From NCBI GenBank assembly GCA_963804165.1, contig CAWDPO010000006.1, forward strand, positions 1 through 64,000: a stretch of DNA of 64,000 bases, given 5' to 3'. Shown here piece by piece: positions 23,169-33,415 of the stretch; position 1 is the first letter of the stretch, and each line of letters begins with the position of its first letter. Below the pieces are notes generated by a model that did no database searches, had not been told where the DNA came from, and worked only from the letters and a program-made list of their open reading frames with translations. This DNA comes from an uncultured delta proteobacterium. Its GTDB lineage: Bacteria; Desulfobacterota; Binatia; UBA9968. A program made the translations under genes and the position numbers.

Positions 23169-24159
23169 CTATTTGATGACTTTGTCCGCCCGCCCCAGCA
23201 CCTTCTGCGAAATCGTGAGACCGATCTGCTTCGCTGTCTTTGAGATTGATCACCAGCTCAAACTTCGTCGGTTGTTCCAGGGGAAGATCGGCGGGCTTGG
23301 CGCCTTTGAGGATTTTGTCCACGTAGATATGCGACGCGTCGGTAGCTGTCCGCGAGGTCCGCGCCGTAGGACATGAGCCCGCCGGCATCGACATATTCTC
23401 TGTCTGGGGTACATCGACGGTAACCGGCTCTTTAAGGCAAAGCTCGCGATCCGTTTCCCATTAGCTCGCATTAGCGGCCCGCCCGCGGAGACGTAGAGTC
23501 CATCCGGGCGCTGTTTGTTTAACGCAGCGAATACCTTCTCGAAGCTGCCCGCGTCTCGTATCTCCCAAGGCTGACTATCAATCGCAACGCACGCGCCGGG
23601 ACTGGGAGAACCTCTTTAACCTCGATTGCGCACTGGGTCGAAGCTGGCCGGATCGTAAAGAACCGCGACACGGGCAACGTTGGGAACGGCTTCTTTGAAT
23701 AGCTCCAGCCGCTTGCCGCCTAGTTCTCTGCTAAGGGTTGTAAGGCCGGTGACGTTGCCACCGGGACGGGCAAGGCTTTCAACAAAGCCTGCCGCGACAG
23801 GATCGAGTCCTGCGCCCGTCATAACGATGGGAATCGTTTTGGTCGCATTCTTGGCGGCCCGTATCGGTCCGGCCCCTCCTGCTACCAGGATGAGATCAAC
23901 CTTGAGACGCACCAGCTCGGCCGCAAGCTCAGGATACCGATCGTGCTTCCCCTCCGAATACCGATACTCGATGGCGATGTTCTGTCCTCCTATGTAGCCA
24001 AGCTCGCGCAGAGCGAGCCGAATTGCCTCGGAACGGGTGGAGTCAGTAGCCGCGGTCGATCGCCGATAGATACCCTATCCGAGGGACTTTCTTCGGCTGC
24101 TGCGCGTGACCCACGTTGCCACAGAGTCCGAGGATAAAAATAATCAGCGTGCTAAACAC
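23169..24159 (-). pseudogene. SBP unit 22, multiple frameshifts
   Basis: GGAGG then GTG start VFSTLIIFILGLCGNVGHAQQPKK; fragments 23616-23912 and others. Confidence 0.78.
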
Positions 24160-24182
24160 TTCGCCTCCGAACAATGATAACC

Positions 24183-24212
24183 TTGTGCCGACCGGCGTGG
24201 CTGGTATAGAAT
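24183..24212 (+). promoter_or_regulatory. Candidate sigma70 promoter for hicBA
   Basis: TTGTGC-N18-TAGAAT followed by GGAGG and ATG at 24233. Confidence 0.45.
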
Positions 24213-24232
24213 TCTTGCTTGGAGGTATCGTC

Positions 24233-24475
24233 ATGCGTTACTCCGTGCTTCTTGAACCGATCAACGAACCTGAATTTCAGGGTTACTATTACGCCCATAT
24301 TCCGACCCTCGATCTAACGACTCACGGTCAAGGTATCGAAGGAGCCATCGCTGCGGCTCAGGAACTGATTGAGGCGTGGGTTCAAGAGAAGCGGTCTCGC
24401 GGTGAGAAGGTTCCGGTCGAAGCCAAGTCGCTAATCGCGCACGTCGATATCCCCGATGCCGTATTCCGCCCGTGA
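24233..24475 (+). CDS. hicB: HicB-family antitoxin (short form)
   Basis: MRYSVLLEP...[33 protein letters not shown]. Confidence 0.85.
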   Translation: MRYSVLLEPINEPEFQGYYYAHIPTLDLTTHGQGIEGAIAAAQELIEAWVQEKRSRGEKVPVEAKSLIAHVDIPDAVFRP

Positions 24476-24662
24476 AGTTCTCGCCAAGCTCCTTCGCGCC
24501 GGATTCGTAGAAGTACGACAGAGCGGTAGCCACAAAGTCCTCCGACATCCCGATGGCCGGCAAACCTATGTGGCCATGCATCCGGGTGGATTGCCGACGG
24601 GAACGTTCCGTAAGATCCTCAAGCAAGCCGGCATTTCGGAAGAACACTTTCGCGATTTGTAG
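24456..24662 (+). CDS. hicA: HicA-family mRNA interferase toxin
   Basis: [20 protein letters not shown]...H...[14 protein letters not shown]. Confidence 0.9.
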   Translation: MPYSAREVLAKLLRAGFVEVRQSGSHKVLRHPDGRQTYVAMHPGGLPTGTFRKILKQAGISEEHFRDL

Positions 24663-24737
24663 TCGCTGCATCGATAATTTTTTCTCCGCCTTGCTATTGC
24701 CGATACAGATCGAATCTCCGTCCATAACGCCTTCTGC

Positions 24738-25719
24738 CTACTTGATCACTTTATTCGCTCGCTCGAGCACGCGGACTGGAATTGTAATGCCGATTTGTTT
24801 TGCCGCTTTAAGGTTGATGACGAATTCAAACTTCGTTGCCTGCTGCACCGGCAGATCGCCGGCTTTGGCGCCTTTCAAGATCTTGTCCACGTAGACAGCC
24901 GCACTGCCGAAACAGATCAACGTAGTCCGCCCCATAGGACATGAGGCCGCCTTCATCGACGAACTCCTTCTGGAAGTAAATCGCCGGTAACCGGTATTTG
25001 CCGGCAAGTTCGACGATGCGCTTTCGCTCGCCGAAAAAGCGGCGAGTGGCGGTCGGCATGATCGCACCCACCTGCTTATGGTTGGCGGTTTGAAAGGCGC
25101 TCTCTAAATTTTTCGCCTCGGCTTGAGTCTCGATCTCCTCCAATTTTAGCTTTAGTGCCAGCGCCGCAGGCCTGAGCTCTTTCAATTGGATCTCTTGCCC
25201 TTTGTTGTCGCCCGACAACCGCAATACCCCGACTCGGGAGAGCCGAGGCACTGCATCCTTGAGGACCTCCAGCCTTTTCGTACTTAGCTCCGGCGCTAAA
25301 CTCGCGAGCCCGGTGACATTGCCTCCCGGCCGCGCCAAACTGGCAACCAGACCCGCACCCACAGGGTCCGAAACGTTCGTGATCACGATGGGTATAGTAG
25401 TAGTCGCTTTCTTTGCCGCCAACGCCAGCGGTATCCCTGTGACGACGATCAGGTCGACCTTGGAACGAACAAGGTCCTCCGCGAGCTCAGGCAGGCTTTC
25501 ATTCTTTTGCTCCGCAAACCGGTACTCGATATTTTTTCCCTCGATCCATCCGAGGTTGCGCAGCTCCTGCCGGAACGCGTCCCAGAGAACCGCGCTATTG
25601 GATACAGCGGTTCTATCTAAAATGCCCACGCGGGGGACTTTCTTCGGCTGCGCCTGGGCGTGAAGGCAGAGCGCTAAGAGCACCGCGCAAAGACTAATGA
25701 CCGTGACTTTTTTCTTCAT
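24738..25719 (-). pseudogene. SBP unit 23, frameshift near the C-terminus
   Basis: Fragments 24826-25719 and 24738-25067. Confidence 0.8.
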
Positions 25720-25777
25720 ATCTTTTTCTCTGTGTCGATCTGCATCTCACTCTGCGCTCGACAGTCCCCGCAACCTC

Positions 25778-26765
25778 TCACTTGATGACTCGATCCGCTC
25801 TCGCCAGCACGTTGGGTGGAATCGTCAGGCCGATCTGCTTCGCTGTTTTCAGGTTGATGACAAGCTCGAAATAAGTTGGAGCTTCAACAGGTAAGTCCTG
25901 TGGCTTTGTGCCCTTGAGAATTCGGTCTACATACCACGCGCCTCGAAGGCCCATGCGGTATCTATCAGGCCCATAGGACAGCAGAAATCCCTGCTCAGTT
26001 ATGTCCGGAGTGGTACAACCTGTAGTCAAGGCGAGTCTCTTCTGCATTGCGACAGCCGCCATCTTCTTAATGGAGTCCCTAAATAAGCTGGAGCAGATAA
26101 CGAAGAGACCATCCGTAGTATCCTTAGAGACCGAGGCAAGCGCCCGCTCAATATCCGCAGTGGACTTAACGGGTTTTTCGATAAGTTTAAGGCCCTAGCG
26201 CTGGAGCAACCTTCTGGACTAACGCGAGGCTTTTAGCATGGCCTGGATTTTCTCCCCGCGCGTTATACAATAAGGCCACGCGCCGTAAAGTTGGCACCGC
26301 TTCTTTAAAAACCTCTAGGCGCTTACCCTGTACTTCAACATCCGTCGCGCTGGCAACGCCTGTAATATTTGTCTCCGGTCGTGCCGCCGATTTCACAAGT
26401 CCTGATCCTACAGGGTCTGAAGAGCCGACAAAGACAATGGGGATTTCTCGGGTCAATTCCCTGGCGATGAGTGGTGCTGTGGCACCACTCGCTACGATGA
26501 CATCGAATTTCTTTTCTATGTAGGCCTTGGCAATCGGACGGAGTTCGTCAATGGTTTCTATCGCTGGGGCATCCAGGATAAGGTTTTTTCCCTCGACATA
26601 TCCGGCCTCCTTCAAACCGTCGCGCAGACCCTTCATCGCAGCAATATCTGGACTTCCGAGCATGAGAATCCCCGCTCGATATACTTTCTGCTGCTGTGCT
26701 TCGACAAGAAGCGGAGGCGCCAGAATCGCGGTGGCGAGCGCGATGGCAAGGATGTTTTTACTCAT
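25778..26765 (-). pseudogene. SBP unit 24 (divergent), frameshifted
   Basis: Fragments 26187-26765 and 25778-26062. Confidence 0.8.
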
Positions 26766-26829
26766 TGTCCTCTCCGTTCACCAACCAAAATTGGCAATCC
26801 AGGATTGATTTCTGGCCAGCTGCTTACTG

Positions 26830-27813
26830 TCACTTGATCACCCGATTCGCGCGCTCAAGCACACGAACCGGAATTGTAATACCGATTTGTTTTGCCGCCT
26901 TAAGGTTAATGATGAATTCAAACTTCGTCGCCTGCTGCACCGGCAAATCGGCCGGTTTGGCGCCTTTGAGGATCTTGTCGACGTAGTGGGCAGACTTGCG
27001 CAACAGATCACCGAAGTCCACTCCGTAGGACATGAGGCCGCCATCATCGACAAATTCCTTCTGGAAATAAATCGCTGGCAAGCGGTATTTACCGGCAAGC
27101 TCGACGAGCCGCTTCCTTTCGGCGAAAAAGGGGCGACCGACGGCCGTCATTATCGCGCCAACCTGCTTTTGCTTTGCGGTTTGAAAAGCGATCTCCAGAC
27201 CTTTGGCGTCGAGTTGCGTTTCGATCTCCTCCAGTTTTAGTTTCAGTGCCACAGCCGCAGGCCTGAGCTCTTGCAGTTGCGGTGCTTCGCTGGTTCCTGG
27301 GGTCCGCAGAAGTCCAAATCGACCAAGCTTGGGAACTGCGTCCTTAAGTATCTCCAGCCTTTTGCTATTTAGCTCGGCTGCTAGACTCGATAGCCCCGTG
27401 ACGTTACCCCCAGGCCGCGCCAGACTGGCAACCAGACCTAAAGCCACGGGGCTACCAGCGGTCGCCATCACTATGGGGATTGAAGTCGTGGTGCTCTTAG
27501 CCGCCGATGCTGGCTGTGCCCCTGTTGCGACGATTAGATCAACCTTCAGTCTAACTAACTCCGCGGCAAGCTCAGGTAACTGCTCATTCTTATGCTCGGC
27601 AAACCGATACTCGATGGTGATATTTTGTCCTTCAACCCAGCCAAGCTTGCGCAGTTCTTGCCTGAACGCGTCCAAGAGCCCTGCCATACCAGAAGCAGTG
27701 CTATTATCCAGAAACCCGATGCGGAAGATTTTTCCGGGCTGCTGCGCGTCGGCGATTGAGCAAAGCGTAAAGAGCATGGCGCAAAGAGTAAGGAACGCGA
27801 TTTTTTTCTTCAT
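26830..27813 (-). CDS. SBP unit 25
   Basis: Intact 327 aa ORF. Confidence 0.9.
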   Translation of the reverse strand: MKKKIAFLTLCAMLFTLCSIADAQQPGKIFRIGFLDNSTASGMAGLLDAFRQELRKLGWVEGQNITIEYRFAEHKNEQLPELAAELVRLKVDLIVATGAQPASAAKSTTTSIPIVMATAGSPVALGLVASLARPGGNVTGLSSLAAELNSKRLEILKDAVPKLGRFGLLRTPGTSEAPQLQELRPAAVALKLKLEEIETQLDAKGLEIAFQTAKQKQVGAIMTAVGRPFFAERKRLVELAGKYRLPAIYFQKEFVDDGGLMSYGVDFGDLLRKSAHYVDKILKGAKPADLPVQQATKFEFIINLKAAKQIGITIPVRVLERANRVIK

Positions 27814-27858
27814 GGTTTTATTCTTACTAATGCCTATCGCCTAATGCCTATTGCCTGT

Positions 27859-28893
27859 TTACTTGATCACCTTGTCCGCTCGATACAGTAGCGACTGCGG
27901 AATTGTCAGGCCGATCTGCTTCGCCGTCTTAAGATTGATCACCAGCTCAAACTTCGTCGGCTGCTCCACGGGAAGCTCGGCAGGCTTGGCACCCTTCAGG
28001 ATTCTGTCCACGTAAGTAGCGACGCGTCGATACATAAAAATGTAGTCTGCTCCGTAGGACATGAGTCCGCCAGCTTCCACGAACTCCCTGTCTGCGTACA
28101 TCGTTGGAAGGCGGCTTTTTACCGCAAGCTCTGCGATCCATGCGTGGTGAATCGCGGTAAGAGGGTTCCTGAAGACGAGGAGTGCTTGAGCATGCCCCTT
28201 GCTCGCGGCTTGAAATGCGGGTTCAATTTCCTTGGGAGTCTGTACCTCTAGGTATTGAATCTGCAGCCCGAACGTCCCTGCGGCAACTTCCGTCTCTTTG
28301 AACACCTGTGGGTTGCCCGGGGCGTTCGAATTCCCGAAGAAAGCTACACGGGAGAGCTTGGGAATAACCTCCTTCAGAAGCTCCAGTCGCTTGCCGCTCA
28401 GCTCAGGAGCAAGAGTGGCAAATCCCGTGATGTGTCCACCAGGCCGCGCCAGGTTGGCGACTAGCCCTGATCCTACGGGGTCGCCAATATTTGTGACGAC
28501 GATGGGAATTGTCTTGCTCGCATTCTTAGCAGGCGGAACTGCTGGGCCTGCTGCCCATATGACCTCAACATTGAGACGCACTAACTCCTCCGCAAGGTTG
28601 GGTAACCGGTCAACTTTTCCTTCGGCGTAGCGGTATTCGATGACGATATTCTTCCCTTCTACGTAACCAAGATCGCGCATCGCTTGTTGGAAAGTCTCCA
28701 CCGGGGGATTTTGCGGCGAATCGCCTCGCAGCACGCCTATCCTGCGGACCTTTGCAGCCTGCTGCGCCTCCACTGGAAAGCTAAGAGCCAAGAGCAAAGC
28801 GCTCAAAGCAAGGCAAATAACGTTTTTACGCATAGGGTGTGTTTTCCTGAATTTTTTGCCGCTAACAGCTTCCTGCTCCCTGCTTTCTGTCAT
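27859..28893 (-). CDS. SBP unit 26 (likely start 28833)
   Basis: Intact ORF. Confidence 0.9.
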   Translation of the reverse strand: MTESREQEAVSGKKFRKTHPMRKNVICLALSALLLALSFPVEAQQAAKVRRIGVLRGDSPQNPPVETFQQAMRDLGYVEGKNIVIEYRYAEGKVDRLPNLAEELVRLNVEVIWAAGPAVPPAKNASKTIPIVVTNIGDPVGSGLVANLARPGGHITGFATLAPELSGKRLELLKEVIPKLSRVAFFGNSNAPGNPQVFKETEVAAGTFGLQIQYLEVQTPKEIEPAFQAASKGHAQALLVFRNPLTAIHHAWIAELAVKSRLPTMYADREFVEAGGLMSYGADYIFMYRRVATYVDRILKGAKPAELPVEQPTKFELVINLKTAKQIGLTIPQSLLYRADKVIK

Positions 28894-29864
28894 CTGATCA
28901 CTTTATCCGCTCGCCCCAGCACTCTCTGCGGAATCGTCACGCCGATCTGCTTCGCCGTTTTCAGATTGATGATCAGATCGATCTTATCGACCCCCTCCAC
29001 AGGCAAGTCCTTGGGTTTGACACCAGTAAGAATCCGCTGAACATACTTCGCTGAAACGCGGCCAACTTGGTGGAAGCTCACGCCGTAAGTGGCGAGGCCT
29101 CCTTTGATGACTTCACTTGGAAAATTGAACATAGTCGGTAACCTCTTGACCCTTGCCGTGTCGATGATCAGTTGAGACTGGTTAGTCGCTATCGGTTCCG
29201 CCATTGCAAGGTAGGCGTCGAAGTCCCCAGCCCTAAGCGCTCGCACGCCGGCTTGAAATTCCTCGACGGAAGCGACGTGTCGCTCGACGAACTGGATTCC
29301 CATCTCTCGCGCAGCTTCCCTCGCCGACTTGGAGGACTCGATAGTAGTAGGACGTCGGGGATCGTAGAACGTCACTACCCGGCGCAGCTTCGGGACAATT
29401 TCCTTCAGGATCTCCAGACGCTTCGCGGTGAGCTCGGTGGACCGGTTGTAGACGCCCGTGAGTCTACCCCCCGGATTTGCAAAACTATCTACGAGCCCGA
29501 CAACAACGGGGTCGGTTCCGGCACAGAAAACGATGGGGATGTCTGCCGTCGCTTGCCTTGCTGCTATGGTGCTGTTAGTGGAAGTCGCATAAATCAGATT
29601 GACTTTCTCTCGTTCGAATTTCCTCGCTGCCTCCTCCGCCATTTTCGCGTCGCCCTTCCAATCTCGGATTGAGAGAACAAACTGTTTCCCCTCTTCAAGC
29701 CCCAGCTCCCTAAGACCGACCCGGAGCCCGTCAATGATCTCGTACCAAGCATCGCCTGGGACGAGGACGCCGACACGGTAGACCTTCGCCTGCTGTGCTT
29801 CGGCGGGAAAGCACGGAGCAAGGAGCAGGGAGCATAGAGCGAGGAAGATGATTTTTTTAGTCAT
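28890..29864 (-). CDS. SBP unit 27 (divergent)
   Basis: Intact 324 aa ORF. Confidence 0.9.
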   Translation of the reverse strand: MTKKIIFLALCSLLLAPCFPAEAQQAKVYRVGVLVPGDAWYEIIDGLRVGLRELGLEEGKQFVLSIRDWKGDAKMAEEAARKFEREKVNLIYATSTNSTIAARQATADIPIVFCAGTDPVVVGLVDSFANPGGRLTGVYNRSTELTAKRLEILKEIVPKLRRVVTFYDPRRPTTIESSKSAREAAREMGIQFVERHVASVEEFQAGVRALRAGDFDAYLAMAEPIATNQSQLIIDTARVKRLPTMFNFPSEVIKGGLATYGVSFHQVGRVSAKYVQRILTGVKPKDLPVEGVDKIDLIINLKTAKQIGVTIPQRVLGRADKVIR

Positions 29865-29922
29865 TGCTGTCCGTCCTGCTTTTCCGATCTCTGACTGTCT
29901 GACTTCTGATCTCTGACCTTAG

Positions 29923-30289
29923 TCATTTGATCACGTTATCCGCCCTCACCAGCACCCTCTGCGGAATCGTCACGCCGATTTGCTTCGCTGTTTTCAGATT
30001 GATCACCAGCTCGAACTTCTTCGGCCGCTTCACGGGCAGATCTGCGGGCGCCCGCTAAGATCTTGGCATCGGGTCACCCACACGGCGACATGGGAAAGAT
30101 CGTGAGTTAACCGGGTCCCGAATTTATACTATGTTGATTCGGAGGGTGCGGCTGTTCACTATTGAACAACGATATTTCCGCCCGAACTGGCGAGAGCGGA
30201 ACTTTGGCCTCTGTCTGCTGCGCCTCAGCTGGAGAGCTAAGAGCCAAGAGCAAAGCGCCTAGGGCGAGGCAAAAAACTTTTTTGTTCAT
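29923..30289 (-). pseudogene. SBP unit 28: signal peptide and conserved tail only
   Basis: MNKKVFCLALGALLLALSSPAEAQQ at the 5' end, [25 protein letters not shown] tail at the 3' end, about 150 bp of unrelated DNA between. Confidence 0.8.
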
Positions 30290-30327
30290 GATTTTTCTCT
30301 CACGCCTTTCGCCTCATGGCTCACGCC

Positions 30328-31308
30328 TCATCGAATCACTCGATCCGCTCTAGCTAAAACGTTCGGTGGAATGGTTAATCCGATTTGCTTGGCCGCTTTC
30401 AGATTGATGATGAACTCGAACTTCTTCGGCTGCTCGATGGGGAGGTCTGCGGGCTTGGCGCCTTTCAGGATTTTGTCGACATACGCAGCGGCGCGGTGGA
30501 ACAAAGCGGGAAAGCTGGTGCCATAGGACATGAGGCCACCGGCGTCAACATATTCCCTAAAGGTGTACATCGCCGGCAGCCTGTTCTTGGCCGCGGACGC
30601 TGTGATCAGTTCCCGATTGGCGAAGAGCAAAGGGTCTGCAAGCTCGAAGATTGACTGAGGGCGTTCCTTTGCCATGCCGGAAAGGAGATTCTCAAGGTCT
30701 TCCCGGTTTCGCGCTTCCATGGAGATAAGCGTCAATGTCAGTGCTTGTGCCGCGACCTGAGCCTCTTTATAGGCAGGTATCTGACCGGGTTGGTTGGGAT
30801 TCCAGAAAACCGCCACGCGCAAAAGACGCGGAACCACTTCCTTGAGCAACTCTAGTCGTTTTCCGCTCAGATCTTGAGAAATATGAGTGAGTCCCGTTAT
30901 GTTTCCTCCCGGTCGTGCCAGGCTGGTGACGAATCCTGAACCGACCGGATCGGTGACTCCGGCCATGACGACAGGTACGGTGGTGGTTTGTTCTTTTGCC
31001 GAGCGAATTGCGGGAGTGGCAGAAGAGACAATAACGTCAACTTTGAGGCGAATTAGATCGGCCACGAGCGCCGGCAAGCGTTCTAGTTTCCCTTCGGCCC
31101 ATCGATACTCAATCATGATGTTCTGGCCCTCCACATACCCAAGTTCGCGCAGCCCCTGCACGAACGCCTGGGCGTGGTGTCCCGCGGTGGTAGGGGATCC
31201 AGCCCCGACATAACCTATCCGCGAAACTTTCTTCGCCTGCTGCCCCTGAGCCACCGCGCCCACACCTATGGTCGCGATGATTAGCAGAATTGAAAAAATA
31301 TCTTTCAT
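30328..31308 (-). CDS. SBP unit 29
   Basis: Intact 326 aa ORF. Confidence 0.9.
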   Translation of the reverse strand: MKDIFSILLIIATIGVGAVAQGQQAKKVSRIGYVGAGSPTTAGHHAQAFVQGLRELGYVEGQNIMIEYRWAEGKLERLPALVADLIRLKVDVIVSSATPAIRSAKEQTTTVPVVMAGVTDPVGSGFVTSLARPGGNITGLTHISQDLSGKRLELLKEVVPRLLRVAVFWNPNQPGQIPAYKEAQVAAQALTLTLISMEARNREDLENLLSGMAKERPQSIFELADPLLFANRELITASAAKNRLPAMYTFREYVDAGGLMSYGTSFPALFHRAAAYVDKILKGAKPADLPIEQPKKFEFIINLKAAKQIGLTIPPNVLARADRVIR

Positions 31309-31403
31309 CGCTCCTCCTCACCAAAGTGCTGAGTGCTGAGTTATATAAGTACTGTTTTTCTTTTCATCCGATCTCAGTTCTCAGCACTCGCTACCCAATC
31401 CTG

Positions 31404-32387
31404 TCATCTGATGACTTTGTCCGCCCGCGCCAGTACATTCGGCGGAATCGCCAAGCCGATCTGTTTGGCGGCTTTTAAGTTGATGATGAAATCAAACTTC
31501 ATAGGGCGCTCCACGGGAAGGTCGGAAGGTTTAGCCCCTTTTAGGATTTTGTCCACATACACCGCAGCGCGCCGAAAATTATCGGCGATGTTTGGCCCAT
31601 AGGACATCAGGCCACCGGCTTCCACGAATAATTTATCGGGGAACATCGTCGGTAGGCGGTTCTTTGCTGCGAAATTTACGATCCTGTCTCCGGTAGAAGT
31701 GTAAGCGGGGCTCCTTATTATGATGAGCGCGCCGGCCCGGTCCCTAATCGAAGATTGCAGTGCGTTGTTAAGATCGTCCGGGCTTTGTAGCCCCAGAGAT
31801 AGAAGCTGTAATCTCAGCGATTGTGCGGCAACCTCAGTCTCTTTGAAATTGCGAGCGTTGCCTGCATCAGCAGGGCTCCAGAGAACCGCTACTCTTGAGA
31901 GCATAGGAACTGCCTCCTTAAGCAGCTCCAGCCGTTTTCCACTCAAATCGGTAGAGGAACTCGTTAGTCCTGTAACGTTCCCGCCGGGCCGGGCGAGACT
32001 GGCGACGACTCCAATCGCGACGGGATCCCCTGGATTCGTCATAACAATAGGGATTTTATCGGTTGCCGGTTTGGCAGCGAGCACCACTGCTGAACCTCCC
32101 GCTGCCACAATAATGTCGACCTTCAGACCGACCAATTCCGCCGCCACGCCGGAAAACCGATCGGTCTTCCCTTCCGTATTTCTGTACTCAATGATGATGT
32201 TCTTTCCCTCGACGTACCCAAGCTCGCGCAACCCCTGCCGGAATGCCTCGACTTCAGGATCAGTAGGTGATCCACCTCGCATGAAACCTATCGTAGGGAT
32301 TTTCCCCGGCTGCTGTGCCTCGGCTACCAGGGAAACAGTAGCTAGAAGGATCGTTGCTAGTAAGCAGAGAACGATTCTTTTATTCAT
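31404..32387 (-). CDS. SBP unit 30
   Basis: Intact 327 aa ORF. Confidence 0.9.
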   Translation of the reverse strand: MNKRIVLCLLATILLATVSLVAEAQQPGKIPTIGFMRGGSPTDPEVEAFRQGLRELGYVEGKNIIIEYRNTEGKTDRFSGVAAELVGLKVDIIVAAGGSAVVLAAKPATDKIPIVMTNPGDPVAIGVVASLARPGGNVTGLTSSSTDLSGKRLELLKEAVPMLSRVAVLWSPADAGNARNFKETEVAAQSLRLQLLSLGLQSPDDLNNALQSSIRDRAGALIIIRSPAYTSTGDRIVNFAAKNRLPTMFPDKLFVEAGGLMSYGPNIADNFRRAAVYVDKILKGAKPSDLPVERPMKFDFIINLKAAKQIGLAIPPNVLARADKVIR

Positions 32388-32437
32388 GTATTCTCCTAAC
32401 CGTTCACTCCGTACTTCTCACGCCTCACGCCTCACGA

Positions 32438-33415
32438 TCACTTAATCACTTTGTTCGCTCTCGCCAGCACATTCGGCGGTATCGTCAAGCTGATCTGCTT
32501 TGCGGCTTTGAGATTGATTACGAACTCAAACTTGGTCGGCTGCTCCACCGGTAGATCGCCAGGCTTGGCGCCTTTCAATATCTTATCCACGTAGACAGCG
32601 GTGCGTTGGAACTGGTAATTGCGGTCCGCCCCGTATGAGATCAGGCCGCCGGCGTCGATCCAGTTGGTTGCCTGGTAAATCGCCGGCAGGCGACGCTTTG
32701 CAACCAACTCCACGAACTGCTTGCGCTGTTCAGGAGGCGTACTCGCCGGGATGCGCACCACTAGAGCCTGAGCGCGTTCTTTGGTCGCGATTCGAAAAAT
32801 GTTTTCGTAGTCCTCGACGCCGCGCACGGGCACTCGTGTCACCTGAACTTTCAACGCGCGCGCGGGACTCTCCGTTTCCTTGATAAACAGGTCTTGGGTT
32901 GGACTTCCCGGTGGCGGTCCGGGAACGACGACGCGCGAAAGCTGAGGAATGATTTCCTTGAGTATCTCCAAGAGTTTTCCTCCCAACTCGCCGCTGACAC
33001 TCGAAAGCCCAGTCACATTCCCGCCCGGCCGCGCGATGCTGGCAACGAGCCCCATCCCGACGGGATCGGTGCTGCTGGTCATGACGATGGGAATCGTATT
33101 GGTGGCGTTCTTGGCAGCCGCCGCCGGGCCAGAGCCGTCGGCGACAATGATATCTACCTTCAGACGGATCAGCTCAGCGGTGAGATCGGGCCACCCGGCA
33201 GTTCCCCCTTCCCTTGACCGATACTCGAAGGTGATATTTTTCCCCTTGGCGTAACCAAGATCACCCAACGCTTTCACGAACGCTTCGGGAAGAGCGGAAC
33301 CGCCGCCAGCCAGAAAACCGATCCGGGGAATCTTTCCCGGCTGCTGGGCTTCGGCCCGATCCACGGCAGACAGAATTGCCAAGGCGACTACAAAAGCAGC
33401 GATCGGTTTGTTCAT
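32438..33415 (-). CDS. SBP unit 31 (first gene of the array)
   Basis: Intact 325 aa ORF, GGAGA RBS. Confidence 0.9.
   Translation of the reverse strand: MNKPIAAFVVALAILSAVDRAEAQQPGKIPRIGFLAGGGSALPEAFVKALGDLGYAKGKNITFEYRSREGGTAGWPDLTAELIRLKVDIIVADGSGPAAAAKNATNTIPIVMTSSTDPVGMGLVASIARPGGNVTGLSSVSGELGGKLLEILKEIIPQLSRVVVPGPPPGSPTQDLFIKETESPARALKVQVTRVPVRGVEDYENIFRIATKERAQALVVRIPASTPPEQRKQFVELVAKRRLPAIYQATNWIDAGGLISYGADRNYQFQRTAVYVDKILKGAKPGDLPVEQPTKFEFVINLKAAKQISLTIPPNVLARANKVIK

Larger units (their letters stand above)
1..33415 (-). repeat. Tandem array of at least 31 paralogous ABC_sub_bind-family SBP genes (about 1 kb period), open at the left edge
   Basis: Repeated motifs AQQ..RIG, LARPGGNxTG, GLMSYG and [51 protein letters not shown] in co-oriented ORFs with short spacers. 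Confidence 0.95.

Noticed and set aside
117-33254. Many similar plus-strand ORFs ([20 protein letters not shown]..., ...PVMFPPGRARLAT...)
   Set aside because: They are antisense shadows of the conserved SBP motifs and show no independent protein features.
1-33415. CRISPR array
   Set aside because: The period is about 1 kb of coding sequence; there are no identical short repeats with unique spacers and no cas genes.
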